Virus record (IMG/VR): IMGVR_UViG_3300021197_001787
Span: 32,001-96,000 of that record
Length of the DNA stretch: 64,000 bases
Reading direction: 5' to 3' (one strand)
Source of the DNA: a virus
Shown: one piece after another, positions 1-10,559 of the stretch
Layout of the letters: each line of letters starts with the position of its first letter
Position numbering within the stretch: the first letter of the stretch is position 1
Translations under genes and position numbers: made by a program
The notes under the pieces: model-generated
What the model saw: only the letters and a program-made list of their open reading frames with translations
Databases searched by the model: none
Told to the model about the DNA's origin: nothing

Positions 1-316
1 ATAAATTATTGAAAATATACTTCTCTACATCTAACGACTTGTTGTAAAATTCGTTTTGTTCGTAATATGAACCATCATATGGATAATAATCAATAATACG
101 GCCGAAGGCACCACTATAATAATAATAAGCAGAACCAAATTTAGCAAAGTTGTCCGGTTGGGAATAATCTATCTGGGGTACAAAGGTTTCTTGCTTTGTA
201 GCAAGCTGCTCAATGTTCTTGGAAGATTCAACATCTTTAAAAAGATTTTTTTGATTTGTTTCCGCTAAATAATTTCGTGAACCATCTGCTGAACCAAAAA
301 GTTTTTTAATACTCAT
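1..316 (-). CDS. N-terminal part of a probable virion structural protein (truncated by window start)
   Basis: Manually read open frame from ATG at 316 (MSIKKLFGSADGSRNYLAETNQK...NFAKFGSAYYYY...YPYDG...) running off position 1 with no stop; the start overlaps the end of the 306-1844 gene; structural-gene context. Confidence 0.75.
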   Translation of the reverse strand, partial: MSIKKLFGSADGSRNYLAETNQKNLFKDVESSKNIEQLATKQETFVPQIDYSQPDNFAKFGSAYYYYSGAFGRIIDYYPYDGSYYEQNEFYNKSLDVEKYIFNNL

Positions 317-1844
317 AACTCTCTACTCTAAATCTGAATGCCTCATCTTGCTCAACCCAGTCATTCAAACTTGAATCATAAAAAGCAAATTTAAATGCAT
401 ATTCATATCCGGGATCTAAAAGTGACATATCAAAATCAAAATAATTACCTGATATATCATGTGACAATACCGTATGCATATCACTGCCTGTGCCATGTGC
501 GATAGCATCATAGCTATCAATTATTCTAAAGACTCTATAGGACGCACTCTCGATGGTGGTTGTCTCAATATCATCATTTGCTTTTGTATAAATTGTTGGT
601 GACCAGTACTTTTCTCTAACATAAAGATTAAATCTTGCGTTTTCTTTAGAACGATATTTTTGTTTTAAATTAGTTATATTCAAGTAATAACTAGGCCTAA
701 TAGATATTTGATTACCTTCAAACGATTCTGGTTCAATTGAGCCGGTGAAGTATCTTGTACTACCGCTATACCAAACATCAAATATATCTGTAAGTCGGTT
801 ACGGGCAGTGCCAGTCAATGCTACACTACAACTGTATATCCCGGTTGAAACATGTCCTGCAGTGGCGTACAAGGCCGAATCAGCAGTAACATAGGTATCG
901 TCTTGGACAAGTGTTAAAGCGCTGCCAGAGGGCTCTGTATTGTCAACAGAACCGGAATGAAGGCGTACTCTTAACAATCCAGTGCCCACACCTGGGATAT
1001 TTTGCAAATTACCGCGCACATAGTTATAGAAATACAAAGTATTCATATTTTGGCCGGCTGTAGCTAAGGAACTACTGTAATAAAAATTAGCCCTATCATC
1101 TTTAATACTAGAGTTCCAGCGTGCCTCAATGACTGGTTTTTTAAAGAAATATTGAGTACCTCTTGCAAAAAATCGTTTTGTATAGAATGAATCGGCTGCT
1201 CCAGTTAAGTTATACGATGCTGTAATTTCTTGTGACGCTGATAAACTAATGCCAAATCCATAATTTGAATATGTGCTTGCCATCCATTCTTCCATAAGAA
1301 TAGTAACGTCAACTTCAAGGTCTTCCAGTCCACTTTCAAAAACTTGTTCAAAGTTAGAAGCAGTTAAATAATCGCCACCTTCTTCAACCCAATTAGAAAT
1401 TGAGCCGTTATCGTTTTTTTGTCTTTGGATCCAATTTGAACCAGTATTGCCCACTGTATAGTCTAGATAATTTTCTAAATCTAATCCAGAACCTTCTTGC
1501 CAAGATTGTGAAACAGGTCTTACCGTTAACGTATAGTTTTTTGGTACTGTCTTAGACGTCTCTGCATTATAGAGTTTTAAATAAAAGTTTACACTGCCAC
1601 TGGCTGGTATGTTGCCAGCAGTACGATCAGAAGAAATACTGGTCACCGGGAATTGAACCAAAACTCTAGACAGCTCTACTTGTTTATTTTCTGCAGAAGA
1701 AGTGTAGGCACGTCCAAAAATTGAATAGACTTCCAGTACATCTGCTGCGCCCATATTAGATCCGGTGGCGCGCTTGGTCAGATTTGATTGCCAAGCATTA
1801 GAGATTGTATTATCGGCAGTTGCAGTGTAACGCTTTATGGCCAT
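306..1844 (-). CDS. Putative virion structural protein (beta-rich; N-terminus resembles DNRLRE/CBM96-type domains)
   Basis: 512 aa, S/T/G/Y-rich; ATADNTIS...SNMGAADVLEV...SRVLVQF pattern; adjacent to baseplate wedge gene. Confidence 0.55.
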   Translation of the reverse strand: MAIKRYTATADNTISNAWQSNLTKRATGSNMGAADVLEVYSIFGRAYTSSAENKQVELSRVLVQFPVTSISSDRTAGNIPASGSVNFYLKLYNAETSKTVPKNYTLTVRPVSQSWQEGSGLDLENYLDYTVGNTGSNWIQRQKNDNGSISNWVEEGGDYLTASNFEQVFESGLEDLEVDVTILMEEWMASTYSNYGFGISLSASQEITASYNLTGAADSFYTKRFFARGTQYFFKKPVIEARWNSSIKDDRANFYYSSSLATAGQNMNTLYFYNYVRGNLQNIPGVGTGLLRVRLHSGSVDNTEPSGSALTLVQDDTYVTADSALYATAGHVSTGIYSCSVALTGTARNRLTDIFDVWYSGSTRYFTGSIEPESFEGNQISIRPSYYLNITNLKQKYRSKENARFNLYVREKYWSPTIYTKANDDIETTTIESASYRVFRIIDSYDAIAHGTGSDMHTVLSHDISGNYFDFDMSLLDPGYEYAFKFAFYDSSLNDWVEQDEAFRFRVESYEY

Positions 1845-3640
1845 TATCTAACCTTTCCTTTAATGTCAATCTCCGGAAATTTTATTTCAACAATTGCATT
1901 TTTAGGTACAATCAAATAATTCCCATCTGGTGATAAATTATCATTCATATTAATACTAGCTTGATTATATTCCGAGCTTGTTTTTGGTACTAACTTAACT
2001 TTTAGCACATCCAAAACACCGGGAAGCTCTTTCAAGTATGAGTATACATCACTAATTGAAAATTGTTCACCAATATAATTTGTATCTGTGTATTTTGAGC
2101 GTAAGGCTGTAATTGCTCTATCTAAAACAACAAACTTATTTGCTGAAGGCATGGGCTTAATAATAAACTCAATACCAATATTAAGAATAAACGGTTCTAA
2201 GATATCAATTGTATCGCTAAGCATTCTATAATTGTTTAACCAAGTTTTTAGATTATTCTTTATAGTATCGTTGGTAGCCGTTAATTTGCCAAATCTGTCT
2301 TCGGACACAACATACATATTTAAATTTCGTTTTTGTGAATCAGCATCTCGTTGTACTGAAACTCTTTTTACAGAACCAAATTTAGCGGGCATTCTATATG
2401 CCATGTTTTCGTAATCAGCTTGAGTTACTGCCCTGTTCTGTGTTGGGAATGTGTCAAATACCCTTCTTTTAAGTTCTGCAGCAGATAAGTACGAAGTGTC
2501 ACCCAGAATTGGTTTTTCATTGCTAACTTCTAAAGATTCGTTGACTTCTTGTACAGTAATATTAGATAATGCAGAGCGATTTTTATAATCAAATGTGCGG
2601 CTAGAAACATTTGTCAAAGCATGAACGGCAACATTAGAGTTTGTAGGATTAGTAACTCGGTATATGATTGTTAGTGTAGTATTTGTCGGTACAATACCAA
2701 AGTTTTGATTATTGGTTAATTTAGTTGGATCAAATGTTCTATCAGTTGTATATGTTTTGCCATATACATCCATTGCCACAGATTGGGGATTTGCAATCAC
2801 ATTCGATTCGCCAGGATTGCCACTACCAAATTGTAGCACTGTCCTATCTTGTAAATGATCAACTAAAAATTTTCTTGATACAAGATAGGGCTTTATAATA
2901 GAGGGAACGTTGTCATTTTTATAATTTTGATTTGAAAGTTCTTTAAACACGATGTCTTGTGCAAGATAATCAACTTCAAAATATTCGTTACCTTGTGAAT
3001 CAAAAACTGATATAATCTCGGATATGTTAGGCGATGCGATTTCAAGCGTTTTGAACCTTTCAAAAGCACCCGTCTCAATTTCAATTTGTTGTAATTGGCC
3101 GGAGACTACATTACCGTGGGCCCTGACAGCAAAGTGTGTAGGGGCGCCTGTAGTAGTATCGTTGCGAGCAATGGCTACCTCGTTTTTTGGATCAGCAAAG
3201 TCCACGTTTTCTGTCAGCATAAAGGTAAGGCCTGAAGTTGAGGTAAAGCGCGCACCTCTTCGTAAAATTGGTAGATAATTCTCGTCAGGACCAAGAGCCA
3301 CAGTCGATGCCGGTACGATAAGATACATGGCGACTTCGCCAAATGTAGATGGTCTACCTTGAGATTTATAACCTAAGATTCTTCCGTGCCTTAAGATATT
3401 ATTATATTGAAAAGCAGTGTCTAAAAATGTCTCATTTACATTGTAATCTAGATAAAAGTTTAATTGGTCACCCACGTATGCGGCTGCATCTAATACAATT
3501 GCACCGAATGAGGCTTCGCTAAAATCTTGAAAGGTATCGGGATAAAACCTTTCTGCCATATCTAACAGATCTTCTCTTATACTAGAAAATTCTCTGTTAG
3601 TATAATTTATTGGTAATATTTTCTTTTGTTCGTCCGCCAT
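1844..3640 (-). CDS. Baseplate wedge subunit (T4 gp6 / baseplate J-like)
   Basis: N-terminal INYTNREFSSIREDL...FQDFSEASFGAIVLD and late QNRAVTQADYE motifs typical of gp6-like proteins; directly downstream of gp25-like gene. Confidence 0.88.
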   Translation of the reverse strand: MADEQKKILPINYTNREFSSIREDLLDMAERFYPDTFQDFSEASFGAIVLDAAAYVGDQLNFYLDYNVNETFLDTAFQYNNILRHGRILGYKSQGRPSTFGEVAMYLIVPASTVALGPDENYLPILRRGARFTSTSGLTFMLTENVDFADPKNEVAIARNDTTTGAPTHFAVRAHGNVVSGQLQQIEIETGAFERFKTLEIASPNISEIISVFDSQGNEYFEVDYLAQDIVFKELSNQNYKNDNVPSIIKPYLVSRKFLVDHLQDRTVLQFGSGNPGESNVIANPQSVAMDVYGKTYTTDRTFDPTKLTNNQNFGIVPTNTTLTIIYRVTNPTNSNVAVHALTNVSSRTFDYKNRSALSNITVQEVNESLEVSNEKPILGDTSYLSAAELKRRVFDTFPTQNRAVTQADYENMAYRMPAKFGSVKRVSVQRDADSQKRNLNMYVVSEDRFGKLTATNDTIKNNLKTWLNNYRMLSDTIDILEPFILNIGIEFIIKPMPSANKFVVLDRAITALRSKYTDTNYIGEQFSISDVYSYLKELPGVLDVLKVKLVPKTSSEYNQASINMNDNLSPDGNYLIVPKNAIVEIKFPEIDIKGKVR

Positions 3641-3663
3641 TAAAAATAGGTTCCTTAGTTACA

Positions 3664-4032
3664 CTAAATAGTAAATTGTAGTAAATCTGATACCGCAATA
3701 CCGGGTAAATAATAAGAAATGCTTACTGCTAAACTATTTCTATCTTGGTTTGACTCAGCAAAAGCTATTTCATTTATCTGTATAGCTGGCATATAGATAG
3801 CTATCTGCTCTCTAATCTTGCTGTCTATTTCACTATATGTATTTTGTGAAAAATTATTAAATAAGTATCTTTTAAGTCCGACCCCATAGTCAGGGTCCAT
3901 CACCCTTTCGCCAGGATTTGTTAATAACAGCATTTTAAAATTTTGTTTTGCTGCACGTGTGATTTTCTTTAGCATTGTGAAACCATCAATATCACTTCGT
4001 GTTAATGGTAGTGCTACACCGATTGAAGCCAT
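3664..4032 (-). CDS. Baseplate wedge / sheath initiator (T4 gp25-like, GPW_gp25 family)
   Basis: 122 aa with KQNFKMLLLTNPGERVMDPDYGVGLKRYLF motif and 'IAIYMPAI'. Confidence 0.9.
   Translation of the reverse strand: MASIGVALPLTRSDIDGFTMLKKITRAAKQNFKMLLLTNPGERVMDPDYGVGLKRYLFNNFSQNTYSEIDSKIREQIAIYMPAIQINEIAFAESNQDRNSLAVSISYYLPGIAVSDLLQFTI
3665..3672 (-). promoter_or_regulatory. Candidate late promoter ACTATTTA
   Basis: 25 nt upstream of baseplate wedge start. Confidence 0.55.
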
Positions 4033-4075
4033 TTTGTTACCTCTTACTTAAATATTCACTAAAATTATTTACCGT

Positions 4076-7000
4076 TCATGATTTTTTACAAATATTGCCA
4101 TTTGCGTCATAAGGGTTTGACCGCAACATCTTTTGTTTCCACCATGGAAGATGGCGAAGGAACGAAGAAGAAGCAAATATAGACTTGCCTGGGCCGCGGC
4201 TGGAAACTTTGCTGAACTCCTGGAGTCCGAAGCCACCATTTTTAACATCTTTGCTAGGATCAAATCTTCTGACAAAGTAATTTCCTTTAAACAGACCTTT
4301 TAATTTTGCTTTGGTTTTACTTAACTCGGAGCGATTCCATCTATCAAAGTGTAGATAACCATAACCATAGCCTCGGGCGTAGCCGGGATATCTTTGTTTC
4401 TTGGTCGCCCAGCCATCTGCTCCATCAAAAGCTGTGTAATTTACTCTGTTTTCTTCATCGCGGTATGTTGTGACATACCGTCCAGGTTTTTGACTTATAT
4501 CTTCTTGATTGATACTGTTTTGGATTTCTCCAATTGAAGAAACAAATCCTAATGAAGAATAAATTGCCATTGTTGATAATATTTTTGGTAAAGATAAAGC
4601 ATATTCGGTTAAAAGTTTAAAAGACGGCTCATCTATTAGGTTATTAATAAGACAAAACATTAATTTACTATCAGGTTCTAGCGGCTGAATACGGCCGAGA
4701 GGAATGTCAAGAGTATCAACTTCTGTTCTGACCACAACACTGCGAGATCGGCCACGAATTATACTTAATTTAAGGCCATATCTGACCCCCATGTGACCTT
4801 TGGTGCCAATTGCCTGACCTTTGTTCGGGCCATCTTCAGCAATAATCAATTCCATAGTCCCGGGATAAACATCTGATATATTTTTATCTTGATATGGGTT
4901 AGCTCGCAGTTTTGCCATGCCCGCTTCCACAGAGTATTCTTGACCATTGATGTTTAAATAAGTTTCAGCTAAAAATGGCAGAGTAGTATCGAGGCCGCGC
5001 GGAACAAGGCTGTTTATTGTCCCAATTGGCAATTTTATGCGGTTAGCTAGCGGATGTAAAACTTCGTGCTCTCGTAAGTCAGAGTGTTCTTCCCCTTCCA
5101 TAAAGACAATTTTTCCTTCTTCATTACGGTGTGAGTGATAGTAACCAATGTACGGCACCCCATCTTCATAGATTAATTCTCCACCGTTGGTATAAAAGCT
5201 GCTTCCCTCTTCAGTTGGAAAGTCAATTAATTCTTCTTTAATTTCTTTGTTAAGTTGTAGATTTGTATTCAAAGATAAATTTTGCAAAACATAGTAACCT
5301 AAATTACGATGTATAGAATTAATATCTTCCATTTGTGCTTTCTCAAGACAAGTAATCAAATTATTACCCAAAGATTCAAGTTCAATTGATACGAACTCAG
5401 CTAAAATTATTTTTGCGTCGTCTTCTGTAGCTAGTACAGCTTCTAATACTTTTTCATACCTATAATTTTTAAATGTCTCTTTTGGTGAAGTGTCACCAAT
5501 AGCTTTTCCGTTAATAAAGTCTAGTCTACTTGGTACACTATAAGCTTGCTCAAAATTCTCAAGCCTTTGCAAAGCAGCTATTATAGAATCCGAAGGTTCT
5601 CTTATATCTCCAGTTTCCAACAATCTTGCATAAGTTTGGACCGCTTGCTCTAAGAATGCATACCAAAATTCGTCATCTTTAAACGGAGTAAATAATTCTA
5701 AAACATCATTTTGCGCGTCTTTTAGTTCTTCTTCCATCACTTCAACAATATAAGCTGCATACAGGTTGCTATAGTTGTTTTTAAAGTCTGGGTAAAATTT
5801 GCTAAATACTGGGAATCCCTTTAACATTTCCATCCCAGCAAATACCTTACACGCTGCTTTTACGACGCCTTCAATATTAGATTTCGGGCCGCGGTGTAAG
5901 ATTCTATTATATGGCTTTTCAGATGTGCAATTTGGATCTTTTTGCAACCTTTTATCTTCTGCAATTTTAGAATATGAGGCTTCTACGCTGTCTTTGACAT
6001 CTTCAAAATCTATAAATGATTTGCCGCGCGGCTCACAAGGAGATGATTCAGGGAACAAGGCTTGAGCAACGCCTACCCATCCAGACGCTGGTGGTGGCTT
6101 AACGTAAAAAGGAGGATTCCAATTTTTCCCACCATATTCAGCAGGATTTAAGTATACAACACGATTTGTAGGGCCGTCTAATTCTTCTTCATCATATTGC
6201 ATTCGGCTAATTCCAAAAGGCAGTGAACTCATTTTCCAATTACCGTCCCGGGATCTTTCGCGTGCAATGTAATCAAACAATGGAATAAATTCTGCTCCTT
6301 CTTTAAAGCCGTATTCTAATTGTTTCTTTGTTATAGTGTCTAAAGGAGCACCATATGTAAAGGCTGGTTTGTTTGCAGCTATATCTGCTGCTACGACAGT
6401 AAAAATCTTATTCATAACTTCGTTATAAACTGATTCAAGTTGGCCTGTAGCAATCAAATCTCCACTTTCTTTATAAATCATATCATTAAGGAGAGTAACT
6501 TGAGGTGTAACAACTCCAACAGGGTCAACCAAAGAGCGATCAAAATTAGGGTATACTCCACTATTCACAAGTGGGTTTTCCAGTGTCCGGTCTTTTGCTA
6601 TAAATTCGTATTCTTGCCACTGCATTGATTTAGTATCAGAACCAGCGCCGCCTTCGTCATCTGTTTCGCCGGCGGCAAAGGCTGAATCTCCCATACTTGA
6701 AAAAGCTAAATTAACAGTCTTATCTACGATCATTCTAGTTGTGTCACCAGAACGTTGGAAAAAGCTACCATCTTGTTTTTTAATATCACTGGTAAATAAT
6801 TGCAAGTCAAATCCATAAGAATACATGGTGTGGTTATTGGCTGTCTCTGGGGTACCAAAGGGGCCACCATCTCTATATGATAAAAACAAATCTGGAGATT
6901 TTTTACGAGCGTATTTAATAAACTTGACTCTTGATGATGCCCATTCTACCACTGGCTTAACATTGTAACCATAATCAGGCAAGATGGTCAATTCAACATC

Positions 7001-10000
7001 AACTTCAGTGGCACTACCAAGCCCGAAAAAACCTCCGGAATTCCCAATAAAGCCAAGTTCCTCATAAGAGCGATAGAAAGTTTCTGTGTCTTGGATATCG
7101 TTCGTAGACTTAAAGGTATGGTTTGCCGGCACATTCTCAATTTCATTTTTCAATTGCATTGCAATGGTTTTTGGATAGGCGCCATACTGTACGAGGTGCG
7201 GTGCATAAATACTATTTTCATCAGGATTGGTTGGGCTATAGGGTACATAAAAATCAACGTAGCGGGCTGCAGTAAAGATTCCACTTACTATAGTGTTTGT
7301 CCTATGACTTGTATAAGGGCGCCCCATAGTGTCAGACAACACCATATTTAACCAACCCCAGTCGCTAGCACGCTTGGTACCATCACCAAGCATATCGTTT
7401 TTGAAAGAACCTTCTAGTCCCATAAATGTGGTCTTTGCAGCAGCCGTTATAGAATCTCTGATTTGAGGAGGCTCGTAAGGTAAAATGCCATCGTCACATG
7501 TAGGATCGGGTGACATGATGGGTGGCATCTGCTCTTCAATGTGAGCTGCTAATCCTTTTTGGAAGATATCTCCAATGTCTTGCAATTCAGCCTTTAAAGT
7601 GTCACGGCCGGTGTCACACAAGCCTTGAATTTGTGCAGGTGTTGCTCTACCTTCAAGTAGTGCAGCGCGCTGATTACAAAACTCTTCAACTTCTTCAGGA
7701 GTTGCACAAATTGATGGATTAGCTGGCATCATATCATTGGGGTCTAAACGATTTCTAAAATCATTAAGCAGGTCCCTTGCTTCAAGGGGCATTAATTTAC
7801 CGATGTTACCAAAGAATGCACTAGCTTTTGCACGATTTCCAAAAGTACCTGCATATTCAGGATATTCAAACTCAATCAGACTTTCAATAACACCTAAGAA
7901 CGTACCAGAAGGTTCGCCGGCAATTGCGTCAACAAGTTCTTTTCGAGAAACAGCCGACGAAAGATCTTCTGCAAAGCTAAGCACCTTTTCTTTGTCCGCA
8001 AAAGCTTCTGCATCTTGACCAAAACTTTGGAAGATTCCTTGAATAGTCTCATTAACTTGTTCTTCATCGGCTTCAGGGCCACAGATAGACTCTTTTATTA
8101 CATCTCCAAACGTTTTATCTCCGCGGATCATAGCAGGAAGCGCCATGGCTATGTCACCGACAGTTTCCAAAGCTTTACAAATTGCATCTGCTAATAATTC
8201 ACACAGCCAAACCATTAAGCGCATAATAATTATAATAATAATTTGTTGTAAAATATACATTGCCAACCAAAATAAAAACGCTAAGATGTCACTTATTTTC
8301 GGTATCCATGCAAACAAGTTGTCTATTCTTGGCCACGCGATGGGATATGTATTTTTACAGAAAGGTAATGCTAGATCGCCCAAGAATTCAGCTAATGTTG
8401 GGTTGAATAAAGGAGGACGAGGGCAGTCAAGCGTAGCAATAATATAACCGATGATTGGGGCGCCCGGAAGCTTATCAAGCATTTTTACTAAATCAGTAAG
8501 GTTATCAGAGTATTCTTCTATTAAAGCGGCAACATAAGCCTGTAAAATGATGTTTGGGTCTAAATCAGCACCAACATTTTTAATTTGGCTGACCGCTGTG
8601 GCTCTAGAGAGTTGTGACTCAGCGCCGCCTTTAGGAGGTACGCCAGTAGGCGACATACCTGAAAGGGGTCCTTCTCTCATATAATTTCTTTTTTGTTCTT
8701 CAACCAGTCCCTTGTTTTCCCAAGGCTTTTCAATTTTTATACTTTTTGCAAAAAATGGTGCATTTTGTGGAACGGAGGAGCTGCCATCCCTGTTCCTTGT
8801 TTCAATAGAATCAGAAAGTCTTTGACCCGATGAACCTTCACTAAAAATATCACCGGAGGCTAGTTTCTGCTTAACCATAGCATCCATCTTTGCTTGTTTA
8901 TCAGGTGGAAGACCTATAAACAAAAAACCGAAATCTTCAATAGACATTGCCCTCAGCGCTGATCTGACAGCGGCCGCTAAGATTTCTTCAAAAGACAGAC
9001 CTTTAAATAAACATTCAATGACGTCAAGCATCATGTTATAAAGACCACAAAGCATTGTGGGGTCAAGGCCATCGCGGTGGATCTTATCTAACATATTCTG
9101 TTGGCTACCGCCAAAAATACTACTCATTCTGGCGCAGAGGCCCGCAAACAAGACGTCCTTTTCTTTAATTTCTAAAAAGGCTTGCTCTTGAGCATATTGA
9201 AAAATATTCTTTTCTCTTTTTTCGCGCGATAAATTAGGGTTAGCCCCAGGATCATCTATTTTCCCAATATTGAATTCTTCATCTAAAAAGTCTTTGTAAT
9301 CTCCCAAGCACAAAGACTTGTGAAATTGGGAAGCCAATGCATCAGCCATCCCAAAAATATCATCTTTAATATCTTCTCCAAGCTGTTTAAATTCTCCTTC
9401 TAGGGCATCTCCGATACAGCCCACGATTGTTCTTTCGCTTTCTGTATCATCAGAGTTAGAGATTTTAATTGGATCATGTGTTTTAGAACTTTTAACTGTT
9501 GGGTATGTATGATCAATTATGAAGTCAAGCCAAGGTCTTGGTTGACGTGCCAGAATATCTCTAATCATATCATTTTGTTTAGCAAAATATGCAACTGCTG
9601 TTGGATCACTCCACGCTTGCCTGTTGGTTAATGATGATAACCTATCTTGTTTAAAAATAACCGGTGGGCAGCCGCTTTCAGCATGCACTCTCATAATTTT
9701 TAATTTATAATCATGCGAGAAAACAAAATCTATTTTAGAAGCCACATCCCAATTTGAATTAAAAAAGGTTACTATTGGAAAAAGAGTAATGTTATATCTG
9801 TCTAGGAAATCAGTAAGTTCAGGTATAAGTCGTTCAGTTATAGAATTACCGAATGGGGCTGAATCACCATATAGGTCCAGGTTGAATACCCCACCTTTCA
9901 CAAACAACACATTCTTGCCTTCAAGAGCGCGGTAGACTTTTAAATTACTAGAATAAAAATCTAATGTTCTTCGGATTCTTTTCATATTAGACATAATCTT

Positions 10001-10549
10001 TGGACCTATTACGGTCACTTCAACATCAGATTCGTCCATAGCCTCATCTTCTTGAGGGGGAGCATCTGCTAGTTTATCAATTACATCAAAAGGCACAGAA
10101 TATAAAAACTTAAGGTGGGACATTGGGCGGACATCTAAATCCCAGTCAGTCCATTCCATAGAATCTACTATTTTTTCAATCGTAGCTTTCGTTATATCCT
10201 TGTTATAGTAACGAGCAAGAGCTTCCGCGGCGTTATCTTTAAACGCGTCAGAGCGTTCTTTTAGGGCTATTTCGGCTTGCTCATCCGTGGCGTTTGGGCC
10301 ATATTTTTCAAAAGCGCCAGTATCAGTGAACGGAGTAGCATATGAAATTTGATATAAGCATCTTCTTTCATTTAAAAAAGGGTCATTCTTGCCTCTTGAA
10401 CGCCATCGTGGTACCAAGGCAGTTGGCTTTGGTAAACACGAAGGACATTTAGCCTCTTCTATCGGCTTTTCAGGCTCACAAACATCTGACAACCCGTCAT
10501 TGTTTTTATCTTGAAATTTTAAATATTTTGATACTTCCCATTCAGACAT
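4076..10549 (-). CDS. Very large hypothetical protein (2157 aa), probably virion/baseplate-associated
   Basis: Uninterrupted ORF between baseplate genes; one strongly hydrophobic segment (AFLFWLAMYILQQIIIIIIMRLMVWL); no recognisable enzyme motif. Confidence 0.6.
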   Translation of the reverse strand: MSEWEVSKYLKFQDKNNDGLSDVCEPEKPIEEAKCPSCLPKPTALVPRWRSRGKNDPFLNERRCLYQISYATPFTDTGAFEKYGPNATDEQAEIALKERSDAFKDNAAEALARYYNKDITKATIEKIVDSMEWTDWDLDVRPMSHLKFLYSVPFDVIDKLADAPPQEDEAMDESDVEVTVIGPKIMSNMKRIRRTLDFYSSNLKVYRALEGKNVLFVKGGVFNLDLYGDSAPFGNSITERLIPELTDFLDRYNITLFPIVTFFNSNWDVASKIDFVFSHDYKLKIMRVHAESGCPPVIFKQDRLSSLTNRQAWSDPTAVAYFAKQNDMIRDILARQPRPWLDFIIDHTYPTVKSSKTHDPIKISNSDDTESERTIVGCIGDALEGEFKQLGEDIKDDIFGMADALASQFHKSLCLGDYKDFLDEEFNIGKIDDPGANPNLSREKREKNIFQYAQEQAFLEIKEKDVLFAGLCARMSSIFGGSQQNMLDKIHRDGLDPTMLCGLYNMMLDVIECLFKGLSFEEILAAAVRSALRAMSIEDFGFLFIGLPPDKQAKMDAMVKQKLASGDIFSEGSSGQRLSDSIETRNRDGSSSVPQNAPFFAKSIKIEKPWENKGLVEEQKRNYMREGPLSGMSPTGVPPKGGAESQLSRATAVSQIKNVGADLDPNIILQAYVAALIEEYSDNLTDLVKMLDKLPGAPIIGYIIATLDCPRPPLFNPTLAEFLGDLALPFCKNTYPIAWPRIDNLFAWIPKISDILAFLFWLAMYILQQIIIIIIMRLMVWLCELLADAICKALETVGDIAMALPAMIRGDKTFGDVIKESICGPEADEEQVNETIQGIFQSFGQDAEAFADKEKVLSFAEDLSSAVSRKELVDAIAGEPSGTFLGVIESLIEFEYPEYAGTFGNRAKASAFFGNIGKLMPLEARDLLNDFRNRLDPNDMMPANPSICATPEEVEEFCNQRAALLEGRATPAQIQGLCDTGRDTLKAELQDIGDIFQKGLAAHIEEQMPPIMSPDPTCDDGILPYEPPQIRDSITAAAKTTFMGLEGSFKNDMLGDGTKRASDWGWLNMVLSDTMGRPYTSHRTNTIVSGIFTAARYVDFYVPYSPTNPDENSIYAPHLVQYGAYPKTIAMQLKNEIENVPANHTFKSTNDIQDTETFYRSYEELGFIGNSGGFFGLGSATEVDVELTILPDYGYNVKPVVEWASSRVKFIKYARKKSPDLFLSYRDGGPFGTPETANNHTMYSYGFDLQLFTSDIKKQDGSFFQRSGDTTRMIVDKTVNLAFSSMGDSAFAAGETDDEGGAGSDTKSMQWQEYEFIAKDRTLENPLVNSGVYPNFDRSLVDPVGVVTPQVTLLNDMIYKESGDLIATGQLESVYNEVMNKIFTVVAADIAANKPAFTYGAPLDTITKKQLEYGFKEGAEFIPLFDYIARERSRDGNWKMSSLPFGISRMQYDEEELDGPTNRVVYLNPAEYGGKNWNPPFYVKPPPASGWVGVAQALFPESSPCEPRGKSFIDFEDVKDSVEASYSKIAEDKRLQKDPNCTSEKPYNRILHRGPKSNIEGVVKAACKVFAGMEMLKGFPVFSKFYPDFKNNYSNLYAAYIVEVMEEELKDAQNDVLELFTPFKDDEFWYAFLEQAVQTYARLLETGDIREPSDSIIAALQRLENFEQAYSVPSRLDFINGKAIGDTSPKETFKNYRYEKVLEAVLATEDDAKIILAEFVSIELESLGNNLITCLEKAQMEDINSIHRNLGYYVLQNLSLNTNLQLNKEIKEELIDFPTEEGSSFYTNGGELIYEDGVPYIGYYHSHRNEEGKIVFMEGEEHSDLREHEVLHPLANRIKLPIGTINSLVPRGLDTTLPFLAETYLNINGQEYSVEAGMAKLRANPYQDKNISDVYPGTMELIIAEDGPNKGQAIGTKGHMGVRYGLKLSIIRGRSRSVVVRTEVDTLDIPLGRIQPLEPDSKLMFCLINNLIDEPSFKLLTEYALSLPKILSTMAIYSSLGFVSSIGEIQNSINQEDISQKPGRYVTTYRDEENRVNYTAFDGADGWATKKQRYPGYARGYGYGYLHFDRWNRSELSKTKAKLKGLFKGNYFVRRFDPSKDVKNGGFGLQEFSKVSSRGPGKSIFASSSFLRHLPWWKQKMLRSNPYDANGNICKKS

Positions 10550-10559
10550 TATAATACCT

